From the NCBI GenBank assembly GCA_046583315.1, contig JAYGCN010000257.1:1-34176 (forward strand): 34,176 bases of DNA, read 5' to 3'. Positions 9,666 to 18,870 of this stretch are shown here, in pieces. Position 1 is the stretch's first letter; every line of letters starts with the position of its first letter. This stretch comes from Candidatus Hydrogenedentota bacterium (GTDB taxonomy: Bacteria > Hydrogenedentota > Hydrogenedentia > Hydrogenedentales > GCA-2746185). The position numbers and the translations under genes were made by a program. Under the pieces are notes generated by a model that saw only the letters and a list, made by a program, of their open reading frames with translations, did not search any database and was not told where the DNA came from.

Positions 9666-11558
9666 ATGCCCACTGCAGACCACATTCGTAATCTTGCCAT
9701 CATCGCGCATATCGATCATGGCAAGACAACGCTCATCGATAGCATCTTCAACGCCACCCAGGCCTTTCGCGAAAATGCAAAAGTCGAAGAACGCATCATG
9801 GACAACAACGAAATCGAACGCGAACGCGGCATCACCATTCGCTCGAAACACTGCACCGTTGACTGGAACGACTACCGTATCAACATAATCGATACCCCCG
9901 GCCACGCCGATTTCTCCGGCGAAGTCGAGCGCGTATTGTCAATGGTTGATTCCGTGCTCCTGCTCGTAGACGCCAACGAAGGCCCTATGCCCCAAACCCG
10001 TTACGTGCTTATGCGCGCATTACGTCTCGGCCTGAATCCTATCGTGATCGTCAACAAAGCGGACCGACCCAACTGCGATCCCCAGGGAGCACTCGACAAA
10101 ACATTCGATCTCTTCGTTGAACTCGGTGCCACCGACGAACAATGCGACTTCCCCGTACTCTACGGCTCCGGACTCCAGGGCTGGCTCGTCCGCGATCTCG
10201 ATACCGACGAACACGAAGGCATGGACGCCCTCTTCGAAACCATCATCAAAGAAGTTCCCGCACCTGAAAGCGATCCCGATGCTCCTTTCCTCATGCAGGT
10301 CAGTTCCATCGGCTGGCGCGACCACATCGGACGCACCGGTATGGGCCGCGTTTTGAAAGGCCGCTTGAAAAAGAGCCAGGCCATCGAACGCATCATGACC
10401 GAATGGCAAGACAACGAATGGTCCGAAGGCGACGCCGAAGCCCATCACAGCGAATGGAAAGTCACGGGCGCCGAGACCCACAAAACGCGCTACCTCTGGG
10501 TAACCCGCGGACTCGAAACCGTCGAAGTCGACGAAGTTATGGCCGGCGACATCGTTACCATTTCCGGCCCAGAAAACCTTTCAATCGGCGACACCATTTC
10601 AGCACCGGGTCAAGAAGGCTGCGCATTACCGCCCCTCGATATCGAAGAACCCACCGTGTCCATGTGCTTCATGGTCAACAGTGGCCCCTTCGCCGGTCAA
10701 GACGGAACTGCCGTCACCATGCGCCAGATTCGCGATCGACTCGACCGTGAATTGCGCACCAACGTCGCCTTGCGCGTTGAAGATTCCGACAGCGGAGACG
10801 GCCTCAAAGTATCCGGACGCGGCGAGCTCCACCTTGCGATTCTCATTGAAGAAATGCGGCGCGAAGGCATGGAACTCTGTGTATCACCGCCCGAAATCAT
10901 CACCCACCGCGACAAGACCGGAAAATTGCTCGAACCCTTCGAAGAACTCACCATCGATGTACCCATGGAATACCAGGGAACCGTCATCGAAAAACTTGCG
11001 CAACGCAAAGGCCAGCTCGAAAACGTCGAAAACAACGACGCCGGACTCGTTCGCATGACCTTCAAAATTGCTACTCGCGGACTCATCGGCTACCGAAACG
11101 AATTCCTGACCGACACACGCGGGCTCGGTATCATGGCCGCACGTTTCACCGAATACGGCCCTTGGTGCGGCGACGTCATTGCACGCAACCGCGGCTCCAT
11201 GATCTGCATGGAAAACGGTCTAACCACTACCTACAGTCTCGAAAACCTCCAACAGCGTGGAACCATGTTCCTCGGCTCCATGGTTGATGTCTACGAAGGC
11301 ATGATCATCGGTGAATGCTCACGTGCAGGAGATTTCCCCTGCAAACCAACCAAAAAGAAGCAGCTTACCAATCACCGCGCATCCGGTAAAGACCATAGCA
11401 GCGCGCTTGACGTGCCGCGAATTCTCACCCTCGACACCGCGCTCGAATGGGTCGCTCCCGACGAACTCGTCGAAGTCACCCCGAAGAACGTCCGCGTCCG
11501 TAAAGCCATCCTCACCGAAGAAGGCCGCAAACGCGAACAACGTCGAAAGACCGGATAA
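9666..11558 (+). CDS. typA: Translational GTPase TypA/BipA
   Basis: [63 protein letters not shown]. Confidence 0.97.
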   Translation: MPTADHIRNLAIIAHIDHGKTTLIDSIFNATQAFRENAKVEERIMDNNEIERERGITIRSKHCTVDWNDYRINIIDTPGHADFSGEVERVLSMVDSVLLLVDANEGPMPQTRYVLMRALRLGLNPIVIVNKADRPNCDPQGALDKTFDLFVELGATDEQCDFPVLYGSGLQGWLVRDLDTDEHEGMDALFETIIKEVPAPESDPDAPFLMQVSSIGWRDHIGRTGMGRVLKGRLKKSQAIERIMTEWQDNEWSEGDAEAHHSEWKVTGAETHKTRYLWVTRGLETVEVDEVMAGDIVTISGPENLSIGDTISAPGQEGCALPPLDIEEPTVSMCFMVNSGPFAGQDGTAVTMRQIRDRLDRELRTNVALRVEDSDSGDGLKVSGRGELHLAILIEEMRREGMELCVSPPEIITHRDKTGKLLEPFEELTIDVPMEYQGTVIEKLAQRKGQLENVENNDAGLVRMTFKIATRGLIGYRNEFLTDTRGLGIMAARFTEYGPWCGDVIARNRGSMICMENGLTTTYSLENLQQRGTMFLGSMVDVYEGMIIGECSRAGDFPCKPTKKKQLTNHRASGKDHSSALDVPRILTLDTALEWVAPDELVEVTPKNVRVRKAILTEEGRKREQRRKTG

Positions 11559-11587
11559 GCAACAACACCAAACTTTCTCCTAAGAAG

Positions 11588-11631
11588 TGTACGCGCCCGA
11601 TTCGTTATACTGGGCGCGTACATTTTTTTTT
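11588..11631 (+). terminator. Intrinsic terminator after typA
   Basis: Perfect 11-bp stem TGTACGCGCCC/GGGCGCGTACA followed by 9 T. Confidence 0.8.
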
Positions 11632-11642
11632 GGGAGTACCTC

Positions 11643-12491
11643 ATGGACACCGTCATTCTACTCGTCGCATGCCCCGACCAACACGGCATCGTCGCGAAAC
11701 TGACTCAATGCATCGCCGAACTCGACGGCAACATCGTCGATTCCCATCAATATTCCACCGATTCCGACAGCGGCCAGTTTTTCATGCGTCTCGAGTTTTG
11801 TTTTGAAGACTCCCCCGACGAAGATGCCATTCGTGCCAAATTCGCCCCCCTCGCCGACTCCCTTAGCGCAGACTGGCAACTCTACTTCACTGCACAACGT
11901 CCCCGCATGGCCATCGCCGTCTCCAAATTCGACCACTGCCTCGTCGATATCCTCTACCACCACCGCGTCGGCGATCTCGCCGTAGAAATCCCGCTCGTCA
12001 TCAGCAATCACGACGATCTGCGACCATTGGTGGAAGCAGCCGGAATCCCCTTCCACCACATCTCCGTATCCAAAGAAACGAAAGTTGAGGCCGAAGCAGA
12101 AATCGTCGACCTCATCAAAGACACCAGCGATTTCCTCGTACTCGCACGCTACATGCAGATATTGACCGGCGATTTCCTCAAAAACTACGGCAAACCCGTC
12201 ATCAATATCCACCACAGCTTCCTGCCCTCATTCAAAGGCGCAAACCCCTACCAGCAGGCCCACGATCGCGGCGTGAAACTCATTGGGGCCACGGCCCACT
12301 ACGTCACCACCGATCTCGACGAGGGCCCCATCATCGAACAAGCCGTCGGCCACGTCACGCACCGCGACACCCCCCACGATTTACGACGCATCGGTCGTTC
12401 CCTCGAACAGCAATCCCTCGGCAGAGCCATCCAACAACACGTCAACCACCGCATCATCCGCCATCACCACAAGACAATAATTTTTGAATAG
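11643..12491 (+). CDS. purU: Formyltetrahydrofolate deformylase
   Basis: N-terminal ACT domain (CPDQHGIVA, FFMRLEF); VLARYMQIL, INIHHSFLPSFKGANPY, RGVKLIGATAHYV, LDEGPIIEQ. Confidence 0.97.
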   Translation: MDTVILLVACPDQHGIVAKLTQCIAELDGNIVDSHQYSTDSDSGQFFMRLEFCFEDSPDEDAIRAKFAPLADSLSADWQLYFTAQRPRMAIAVSKFDHCLVDILYHHRVGDLAVEIPLVISNHDDLRPLVEAAGIPFHHISVSKETKVEAEAEIVDLIKDTSDFLVLARYMQILTGDFLKNYGKPVINIHHSFLPSFKGANPYQQAHDRGVKLIGATAHYVTTDLDEGPIIEQAVGHVTHRDTPHDLRRIGRSLEQQSLGRAIQQHVNHRIIRHHHKTIIFE

Positions 12492-12497
12492 AAACCA

Positions 12498-14018
12498 TTA
12501 ATCAGTGGGCACCGCGTACTGCACTTTCAGCTCATCCAACCGATCCTTCAACGCCGCGACATTTTTCCGATACTTCCGATCCAAGTAAACGGACTGCATC
12601 TCATCGGGGTCCATTTCCAAATCAAAAAATTCCCACTCATCAATCTCATAAAAGTAGATTAACTTATAGCGATCCGTCCGAACCCCCTCATGTGGCTCAA
12701 CATTGTGCACGCCCTTCTCGTAATAGTGATAATAAATCGCGTCCCGCCAATCATCCGGCGTTTCCCCTTTCAACAGCGGCAAGAAACTGCGACCATGCAT
12801 ATCCTCCGGCACGTCAACGCCCGCTATTTCCAGAAACGTCGGCGCGAAATCGATGTTTTGCGTCAGCGATTTGATGTCCGTTCCCGGCGATATCACCCCC
12901 GGCCAACGCGCGACGAATGGCATGCCCAGCGACTCCTCATACATCCAGCGCTTGTCATACATCCCGTGATCGCCCAGATAAAAACCCTGGTCAGAACTGT
13001 AAATCACAATCGTATTCTCCGCCAACCCCGACCAATCCAGATAATCCAGCAAGCGTCCCACGTTGTCATCCACCGACGCCACCGAGCGCAGATAATTCTT
13101 GATGTACCGCTGATAATTCCAGCGTGTGCGGTCATCACCCCTTAGATTCGCCGCCTCATAGGCCGCGTTTTCTTCCGCGAAAGCCGCATCCCATAAACGA
13201 CGCTGTTCCGGCGAAAGGCGACTCAGATTGCGCAGGGCGTTTCGTTCATCCTGATCCTTCGGCCAGTCGGATTCGTTCAGCATCAAGTCATACATCGGAC
13301 GCAGATGTGTCGCAATGCTCGCTTCATTTTTCGAAATCGAACTCGTGCGCCCCGAATAATCATCGAACAAATCCGACGGCTCAGGAATGTCCCCGCCCTT
13401 ATACATGTCAAGATGATCCAGATTCGGCATCCACGTGCGATGCGGCGCCTTGAACTGACACATCAACACAAAGGGTTTATCCGGATTCCGCTGCTCCTGC
13501 ATCCACTTGATGCCCAGATCCGTCACAATATCCGTGTTATACCCGAAAACCTTTCGCTTACCCCTAACAGAAACAAAATCCGGATTGTAATACGCGCCCT
13601 GCCCCGGAAGAATGTCCCAATAATCAAATCCCTGCGGCTCCGTTTTCAGATGCCACTTGCCAATCATCGCCGTCGTATACCCCGCCCGCTGCACTAACTT
13701 CGGAAAGGTGCGCTGATTCCCGTCAAAGGTATCGCGATTCGTCATGAACCCGTTTGCATGACTATGGAGACCGGTCAGAATCGTCGCACGACTCGGTCCG
13801 CAAATCGAATTCCCGCACACGTTGTGCCGAAGAATCGCTCCCTCACGCGCAATCCGGTCAATATTCGGCGTCTGATTAATCACCGACCCGTAAGCACTGA
13901 TCGCGTGCGGCGCATGGTCATCACTGAAAATGAACAGAATATTCGGTCGTTTTTCCGCCGCGTGAACGTTAATCGCTATTCCAATTGCTATAGCAAATGC
14001 CAAGGTTTTCTTAATCAT
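12498..14018 (-). CDS. Secreted formylglycine-dependent sulfatase (N-acetylglucosamine-6-sulfatase-like)
   Basis: Start moved to ATG 14018 (GAAGGGA RBS, signal peptide). RPNILFIFSDDH, active-site CGPSR, GKWHL, SDQGFYLGDHG, DKRWMYEES. Confidence 0.93.
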   Translation of the reverse strand: MIKKTLAFAIAIGIAINVHAAEKRPNILFIFSDDHAPHAISAYGSVINQTPNIDRIAREGAILRHNVCGNSICGPSRATILTGLHSHANGFMTNRDTFDGNQRTFPKLVQRAGYTTAMIGKWHLKTEPQGFDYWDILPGQGAYYNPDFVSVRGKRKVFGYNTDIVTDLGIKWMQEQRNPDKPFVLMCQFKAPHRTWMPNLDHLDMYKGGDIPEPSDLFDDYSGRTSSISKNEASIATHLRPMYDLMLNESDWPKDQDERNALRNLSRLSPEQRRLWDAAFAEENAAYEAANLRGDDRTRWNYQRYIKNYLRSVASVDDNVGRLLDYLDWSGLAENTIVIYSSDQGFYLGDHGMYDKRWMYEESLGMPFVARWPGVISPGTDIKSLTQNIDFAPTFLEIAGVDVPEDMHGRSFLPLLKGETPDDWRDAIYYHYYEKGVHNVEPHEGVRTDRYKLIYFYEIDEWEFFDLEMDPDEMQSVYLDRKYRKNVAALKDRLDELKVQYAVPTD

Positions 14019-14064
14019 TCCGTTATCCCTTCTACTGCGATCATTCCGCCATTCCCTTTGTTCG

Positions 14065-14151
14065 GACCCCGAAGGGGTCAAAGTTGAATAGCCCCGGGTC
14101 GCAACCCGGGGTAAAATCAATAAAATAGAATCCAACCCTGAAGGGGTTGAA
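14065..14151. repeat. REP-like triple-hairpin element
   Basis: GACCCC-GAA-GGGGTC (14065-14079), CCCCGGGT-CGCA-ACCCGGGG (14092-14111), CAACCCT-GAA-GGGGTTG (14133-14149); the first and third hairpins are near-direct repeats of each other. Confidence 0.75.
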
Positions 14152-15285
14152 CTACACGTTCACTTCCGCCGACAACGCAATCGCCTCCGCAACTCGTTTC
14201 GGTTCTTTCCCGTACAACTCAACATAATCATCAAAAGTCGACTTCAACCGTATCTCCACCTTCGCGTCATGCCCCATCGCGATATCTTTCAGCCGATGTT
14301 CGAAAAACGGATTCGCCAGCCGGTCCAGCGTCTGAAATGCAAACGTTCCACAATTTTCCGCACGATGTGCGATGCACGGAATCGCTTCTTCCACGATCAA
14401 CCCACGCACCCAATCCCGCGCGTCCGCATCTTGCATCACTTCCTGCACCGTCTCAAAACCCAGCGGCAGGTACTTCGCCACCATCGCCGTATGCGCGCCA
14501 TTCAAAATCCGCACCTTACGCAAAAACATCGCGTCCACATCGTCCACCCACTGAATGCCTGGATGGGACAGAAACGACACTTCCCGCCCCGGCACCCGTT
14601 CAATGATCCATTGCGAGAAGGGTTCGGCAATCGCCGCCAGCGGATCCGCTTTCGCGAGAGGGTCTTCATCATACGGCGGCACCACCATGCGATCCACCAT
14701 CGTATTCAGCCAACCGCATTCTTCTGTCAGCCACGTCACAAACGCCGCATCCATGTTCCACACAGCGACCTGTTCCAACACCAACGCGCGCAACACCGCC
14801 CCGTTTTTCTCCACCAATTCGCACGGCGCAATCGTCGCCCCCGGCAACCCCGCGTCAAACCGCGCCCTCAAACACAACGCCAACTTCGCCGGAAACGAAT
14901 TCGGCGGCGCGGCATCAAAAGTGTCCGACTCATCCAGCGCGTAAGACGCCTCCGTCGTGTTCGAAGTAATAAAAGCCAACTCAGGATTCGCTGCAGCCTC
15001 CAAAACCGCGTCCCATTCCTCAGCCGCCAACAACGCCCGCTCCACACACTTCACCTGAACAGGCCGGTCAATCGTCTCCCCATCCACCACCCCGCGAATC
15101 TGAATCGTGTACCCGTCCGCCGATTCATTCAACAGATCGGCTCGTTTTCCCGGCGTCGACTGCACCGCCACAATCCCATGCGAACCACCCCCCACATCAT
15201 TCGCCTCCTGTACAAACACGCCAATAAATGCACGCAAAAATCGCCCAGTACCAAATTGTAAAATTGTTGAAACGTCTTGGGACAT
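14152..15285 (-). CDS. uxaB: Altronate oxidoreductase / tagaturonate reductase (mannitol dehydrogenase family)
   Basis: ILQFGTGRFLRAF, SNTTEA, SFPAKL, PCELVEKNG, NTMVDRMV, EPFSQW, RKVRILNGAHT, RLANPF; adjacent to uxaA. Confidence 0.88.
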   Translation of the reverse strand: MSQDVSTILQFGTGRFLRAFIGVFVQEANDVGGGSHGIVAVQSTPGKRADLLNESADGYTIQIRGVVDGETIDRPVQVKCVERALLAAEEWDAVLEAAANPELAFITSNTTEASYALDESDTFDAAPPNSFPAKLALCLRARFDAGLPGATIAPCELVEKNGAVLRALVLEQVAVWNMDAAFVTWLTEECGWLNTMVDRMVVPPYDEDPLAKADPLAAIAEPFSQWIIERVPGREVSFLSHPGIQWVDDVDAMFLRKVRILNGAHTAMVAKYLPLGFETVQEVMQDADARDWVRGLIVEEAIPCIAHRAENCGTFAFQTLDRLANPFFEHRLKDIAMGHDAKVEIRLKSTFDDYVELYGKEPKRVAEAIALSAEVNV

Positions 15286-15392
15286 AACTTTTATTTCCCA
15301 TTAACACCTGCCCATGACCACCACGAGCAGAGCATCCCATTGTATAGACACCCAGTCAGGAGTTCCAGACGAACGGCATCATCGGAGAGATT

Positions 15393-16199
15393 TCAGGATG
15401 GCCCATCCATCCCATATTCCACCGCAAGCTCCGGGTATTCTTCCCATATTCGCGCAAGGTAATGCGCCGCGAGCACGTCGCTAGCCGTCTCCCTGCAGAG
15501 ACGATAGGCATTCGACAACTGGCTCGCAGCGAGCGCGGGCGCATCGTCATACGGGGGATACGGCGCACGAAATTCGCCCTGACATGACAACTCCAGTAAC
15601 CGTGCCGCTTTCTCCAGATCATCTTCAAGCCAGGCAAGTAAACCCAGCGTGATTTTGCACTGCGTAGAATCTTCGGTTTCATAGACCTCAACCGCTTCCC
15701 AGAGATACTGTCTCGCCGATTCCCAATTCCCGAGCGTCATCATGTCGTAGCCTAAGGCAGACGAAGTATGAATCCCGTTCAGGGGTCCCTTGCCAAAAAC
15801 AAACCTGACACTATCCTCAACCCTCAGTGCCGTTGTTCTGAACAGCAATCCGAATCTAGTTTGACGGTCAATGGCACCGTGTAGTTTTGTCATTTCCTGG
15901 AATGACAATTTCCGTTCAAGTCGAGTCGGCAGCAAATCGGAGGTCATCGCCTCAGACTGCGCAGATTGATTTGTTTCGATGCCCTCGACCGGCGAAGGCT
16001 TGTCGATTCCCTCATCATCAACCTGTGGAAGGCCCGGATCAAGGCGCTCACCCAATTCATCCAGGTTCTCCAGGGCTATCGGCGTGTGCAACGCCAGGTC
16101 GCGTCCCCGTACTTCCACAAAATATGTCACGAAACAGATCGCGGCGATCAATGCGATTACCACAAGCGCCAAAACTCCCCTGAGATGTTTAGCGTTCAT
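15393..16199 (-). CDS. Hypothetical membrane-anchored protein with helical (TPR-like) C-terminal part
   Basis: Fills the uxaA-uxaB gap on the same strand; N-terminal hydrophobic helix; GGAG RBS favours ATG 16199 over 16211; no family recognised. Confidence 0.65.
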   Translation of the reverse strand: MNAKHLRGVLALVVIALIAAICFVTYFVEVRGRDLALHTPIALENLDELGERLDPGLPQVDDEGIDKPSPVEGIETNQSAQSEAMTSDLLPTRLERKLSFQEMTKLHGAIDRQTRFGLLFRTTALRVEDSVRFVFGKGPLNGIHTSSALGYDMMTLGNWESARQYLWEAVEVYETEDSTQCKITLGLLAWLEDDLEKAARLLELSCQGEFRAPYPPYDDAPALAASQLSNAYRLCRETASDVLAAHYLARIWEEYPELAVEYGMDGPS

Positions 16200-16220
16200 C
16201 TGCAACTCCATCCTTCCGAT

Positions 16221-17666
16221 CTACAACGTAACTCCCGACTTCCAAATCCCAATCTCGCGATAGCCGTTCTTCTCATTCTGTGCAAGCTCCCCACTCGCGA
16301 CTTCCAGTAGATACCCATAAAATTCCTTCGCGAGGTCGTCCATGCTGATGCCATCACTCAACAACCGGCCTGCATCGAAATCAATCCACCGTTTTTTGCG
16401 GGAGGCCAGATCGGAGTTCGACGAAATTTTCACCGTCGGCACCGGCACCCCCAGCGGCGTACCGCGCCCTGTGGTGAATAGCACCATTTGCGCTCCGGCA
16501 GCGGCGAGTGCCGTAGAGGAGACCAAATCATTGCCCGGTGAATTCACGAGACTCAATCCGCCTTGTCCAGGAGTCACTGCCACGGCATAATCGCGGACCT
16601 CACACACCGGAGCCGCGCCGCCTTTTTGTATGCAACCCAGCGATTTCTCTTCCAAGGTTGTTATCCCACCCGCGATATTGCCCGGCGCCGGATTTTCATA
16701 GATCGGCTGATCGTGTTTCTCGAAATACTGCTTGAAATTGTTAATCAGCGCAACCACATCCTCAAATACCGCCTCCGAAGTCGCCCGCGCCATCAGCAAT
16801 CGTTCTGCGCCGAACATTTCCGGCACCTCCGTCAGAATTCCCGTACCGCCAGCCGCGCAATGCCGGTCCATCGTGCGCCCCACCAGAGGATTCGCCGTGA
16901 TGCCGCTATACCCGTCACTCGCGCCACACTTCCCGGCGATAATCAGCCGGTCCGCAGACACCGTCTCCCGCTTGAATTGTTTCGCATACTCAACCAGCTT
17001 GCCCAACTCCTCCAAGCCCGTTTCAATTTCATCATCCACATCCTGCGCATTGAAAAATCGAACGCGCTCCGGGTCATACTCGCCCACGACTTCCAACTGC
17101 AATTTCATCTGATTGTTTTCGCAGCCCAGACCCATCACCAGCACCGCGCCCGCATTCGGATGATTAATCAGCGCCGCCAGCAAGGTCTGCGTATAGGCCA
17201 AATCATCCCCCAACTGCGAACACCCGAAGGGATGATTAAAGGTAAAAAATCCATCGACGGCATCGTCCGCCAGTTCCTGCTCAGCAATCTTCACCAACTG
17301 TTGCGCCGTCATGTTCACACAGCCCACCGTATTGATGATCCACACTTCATTGCGAATCCCCACACGGCCGTCCGCGCGCACATAGCCCTCGAAAGTGGAC
17401 GGTTCCATGCTCGATTGCCCAACACTATCCGGTGCCCATTCGTACTCCAGTTCCCCATCCAGCCCGGTTCGAAGATTATGCGAATGCACATGCGCACCCT
17501 CAGCGATATCCTCCGTCGCAACCCCAATCGGATTGCCATACTTCACTACAGCCTCGCCTCTTCCGATCGTACTCAACGCGACCTTATGCCCCTTCGGCAC
17601 CATCTCCAGATCAACTAGCGCCACCGCAACATTGTCATCGGAATGTATCTGCAGAATATCGGACAT
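16221..17666 (-). CDS. uxaA: Altronate dehydratase (UxaA/GarD family)
   Basis: SAF domain DNVAVAL...GHKVAL...VKYG...HVHSHNL; GIRNEVWII, HPFGCSQLGDD, GLGCENNQ, GGITTLEEKSLG, FTTGRGTP. Confidence 0.93.
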   Translation of the reverse strand: MSDILQIHSDDNVAVALVDLEMVPKGHKVALSTIGRGEAVVKYGNPIGVATEDIAEGAHVHSHNLRTGLDGELEYEWAPDSVGQSSMEPSTFEGYVRADGRVGIRNEVWIINTVGCVNMTAQQLVKIAEQELADDAVDGFFTFNHPFGCSQLGDDLAYTQTLLAALINHPNAGAVLVMGLGCENNQMKLQLEVVGEYDPERVRFFNAQDVDDEIETGLEELGKLVEYAKQFKRETVSADRLIIAGKCGASDGYSGITANPLVGRTMDRHCAAGGTGILTEVPEMFGAERLLMARATSEAVFEDVVALINNFKQYFEKHDQPIYENPAPGNIAGGITTLEEKSLGCIQKGGAAPVCEVRDYAVAVTPGQGGLSLVNSPGNDLVSSTALAAAGAQMVLFTTGRGTPLGVPVPTVKISSNSDLASRKKRWIDFDAGRLLSDGISMDDLAKEFYGYLLEVASGELAQNEKNGYREIGIWKSGVTL

Positions 17667-17810
17667 CAGACGGCTCTCCCAGAAGGGTCAGTAACACCAA
17701 ATCGATCATACCACGCCGTCCCACCGCGCCACATCCAAATAATTCGGTGAATATTTGTTGCTCCCGAGTGTATTCATGATAAGGTGTCAACGAAACAGGA
17801 AGACAATCGC

Positions 17811-18209
17811 ATGAACTGTCCACATTGCATAAACGAAATACTCATCGCCATCGAAACCGATCAGGTGGAAATCGATTATTGCACGACCTGCAAAGGCATC
17901 TGGCTCGATTCCGGCGAACTTGAGCTCCTGCTCGGCAATGAACAGGCCGCGCACGACTATCTATCCGTTGGATCGCCCGTTGATGCACCCAAAGGCGAAG
18001 CGCATCGAAAATGCCCGGAATGCGACAAACGTATGACCAAAGAAGGCACCGAATCCACACCGCCCGTTATCTTCGATCACTGCCCGAAGGGTCACGGTAT
18101 CTGGCTCGATCATAACGAACTCGAGACCATGCTCAGCCATATAGGGGATGACAAGAATGTTGCCGTCACCGAACATCTGATGTCGATTTTCGGCTCAGAC
18201 AGCGAATAA
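17811..18209 (+). CDS. Double zinc-ribbon (zf-TFIIB family) protein
   Basis: Start moved to ATG 17811 (AGGA RBS). CPHC...IDYCTTCKGIWLDSGEL and CPEC...DHCPKGHGIWLDHNEL. Confidence 0.85.
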   Translation: MNCPHCINEILIAIETDQVEIDYCTTCKGIWLDSGELELLLGNEQAAHDYLSVGSPVDAPKGEAHRKCPECDKRMTKEGTESTPPVIFDHCPKGHGIWLDHNELETMLSHIGDDKNVAVTEHLMSIFGSDSE

Positions 18210-18231
18210 GTTTTTCCTAAAACCGAAAACA

Positions 18232-18240
18232 TGCTATAAC
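18232..18240 (+). promoter_or_regulatory. Candidate extended -10 promoter for lemA-htpX
   Basis: TGC-TATAAC about 50 nt upstream of lemA; AGGAGG RBS at 18281-18286. Confidence 0.45.
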
Positions 18241-18292
18241 GAGGGCATCCCAAAAGCGTCCCTCGATTCAACACCGTAAAAGGAGGATCACA

Positions 18293-18850
18293 ATGCTCAT
18301 ACCCTTAGGCATCCTACTGGCCATCGGCCTCGTACTCGTCATCTGGATCATCGGCATGTACAACGGCCTCGTCGGACTGCGCAACCGCGTGAAAAACGCG
18401 TGGGCCCAAATCGACGTGCAACTCAAACGCCGCCACGATCTCATCCCGAACCTCATTGAGACCGCCAAAGGCTACATGACGCACGAGCGGGATACGCTGG
18501 AGAACATTACCAAGGCGCGCAATCTCGCACAAAATGCCAACGGCCCTGCGGAAGCCGGTAAAGCCGAAGCCGGACTCTCCCAGGCCATGAGCAACTTCTT
18601 CGTGGTCGTGGAAAACTATCCCGAACTCAAGGCAAACGAGAATTTCCTTGCTTTGCAGGAAGAACTGACCTCTACGGAAAACAAAATCGGTTTCTCCCGC
18701 CAGTTCTACAACGACGAAACCATGCAGCTCAACAATAAGATCGAAATGTTCCCGTCCAACATCATTGCCGGGATGTTCAGCTTCAAACAGGCCGATTTTT
18801 TCGAAATCGAAGACGAAGCCGAACGCGAAGTGCCCAAGGTCAGCTTCTAA
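18293..18850 (+). CDS. lemA: LemA family protein
   Basis: N-terminal TM helix; YNGLV, NAWAQIDVQLKRRHDLIPNL, ENYPELKAN, EELTSTENKI, FPSNIIA. Confidence 0.95.
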   Translation: MLIPLGILLAIGLVLVIWIIGMYNGLVGLRNRVKNAWAQIDVQLKRRHDLIPNLIETAKGYMTHERDTLENITKARNLAQNANGPAEAGKAEAGLSQAMSNFFVVVENYPELKANENFLALQEELTSTENKIGFSRQFYNDETMQLNNKIEMFPSNIIAGMFSFKQADFFEIEDEAEREVPKVSF

Positions 18851-18870
18851 CGCTAAGGATCTGATCCACC

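Noticed and set aside
14019..14135. N-terminal extensions given by the ORF track (sulfatase; also 5430, 8103, 17784, 28929, 29693 starts)
   Set aside because: Downstream ATGs have better RBS, signal-peptide or family-start support; the extensions run through repeats or leader regions.
14269..15261. 330-aa + strand ORF
   Set aside because: Antisense shadow of uxaB; Arg/His/Gln-rich with no recognisable motif.
16563..17618. 351-aa + strand ORF
   Set aside because: Antisense shadow of uxaA arising from codon bias.
17580..17666. Shortened SAF domain at the UxaA N-terminus
   Set aside because: Frame intact and the flanking motifs DNVAVAL and GHKVAL are retained; likely ordinary loop-length variation, not a pseudogene.
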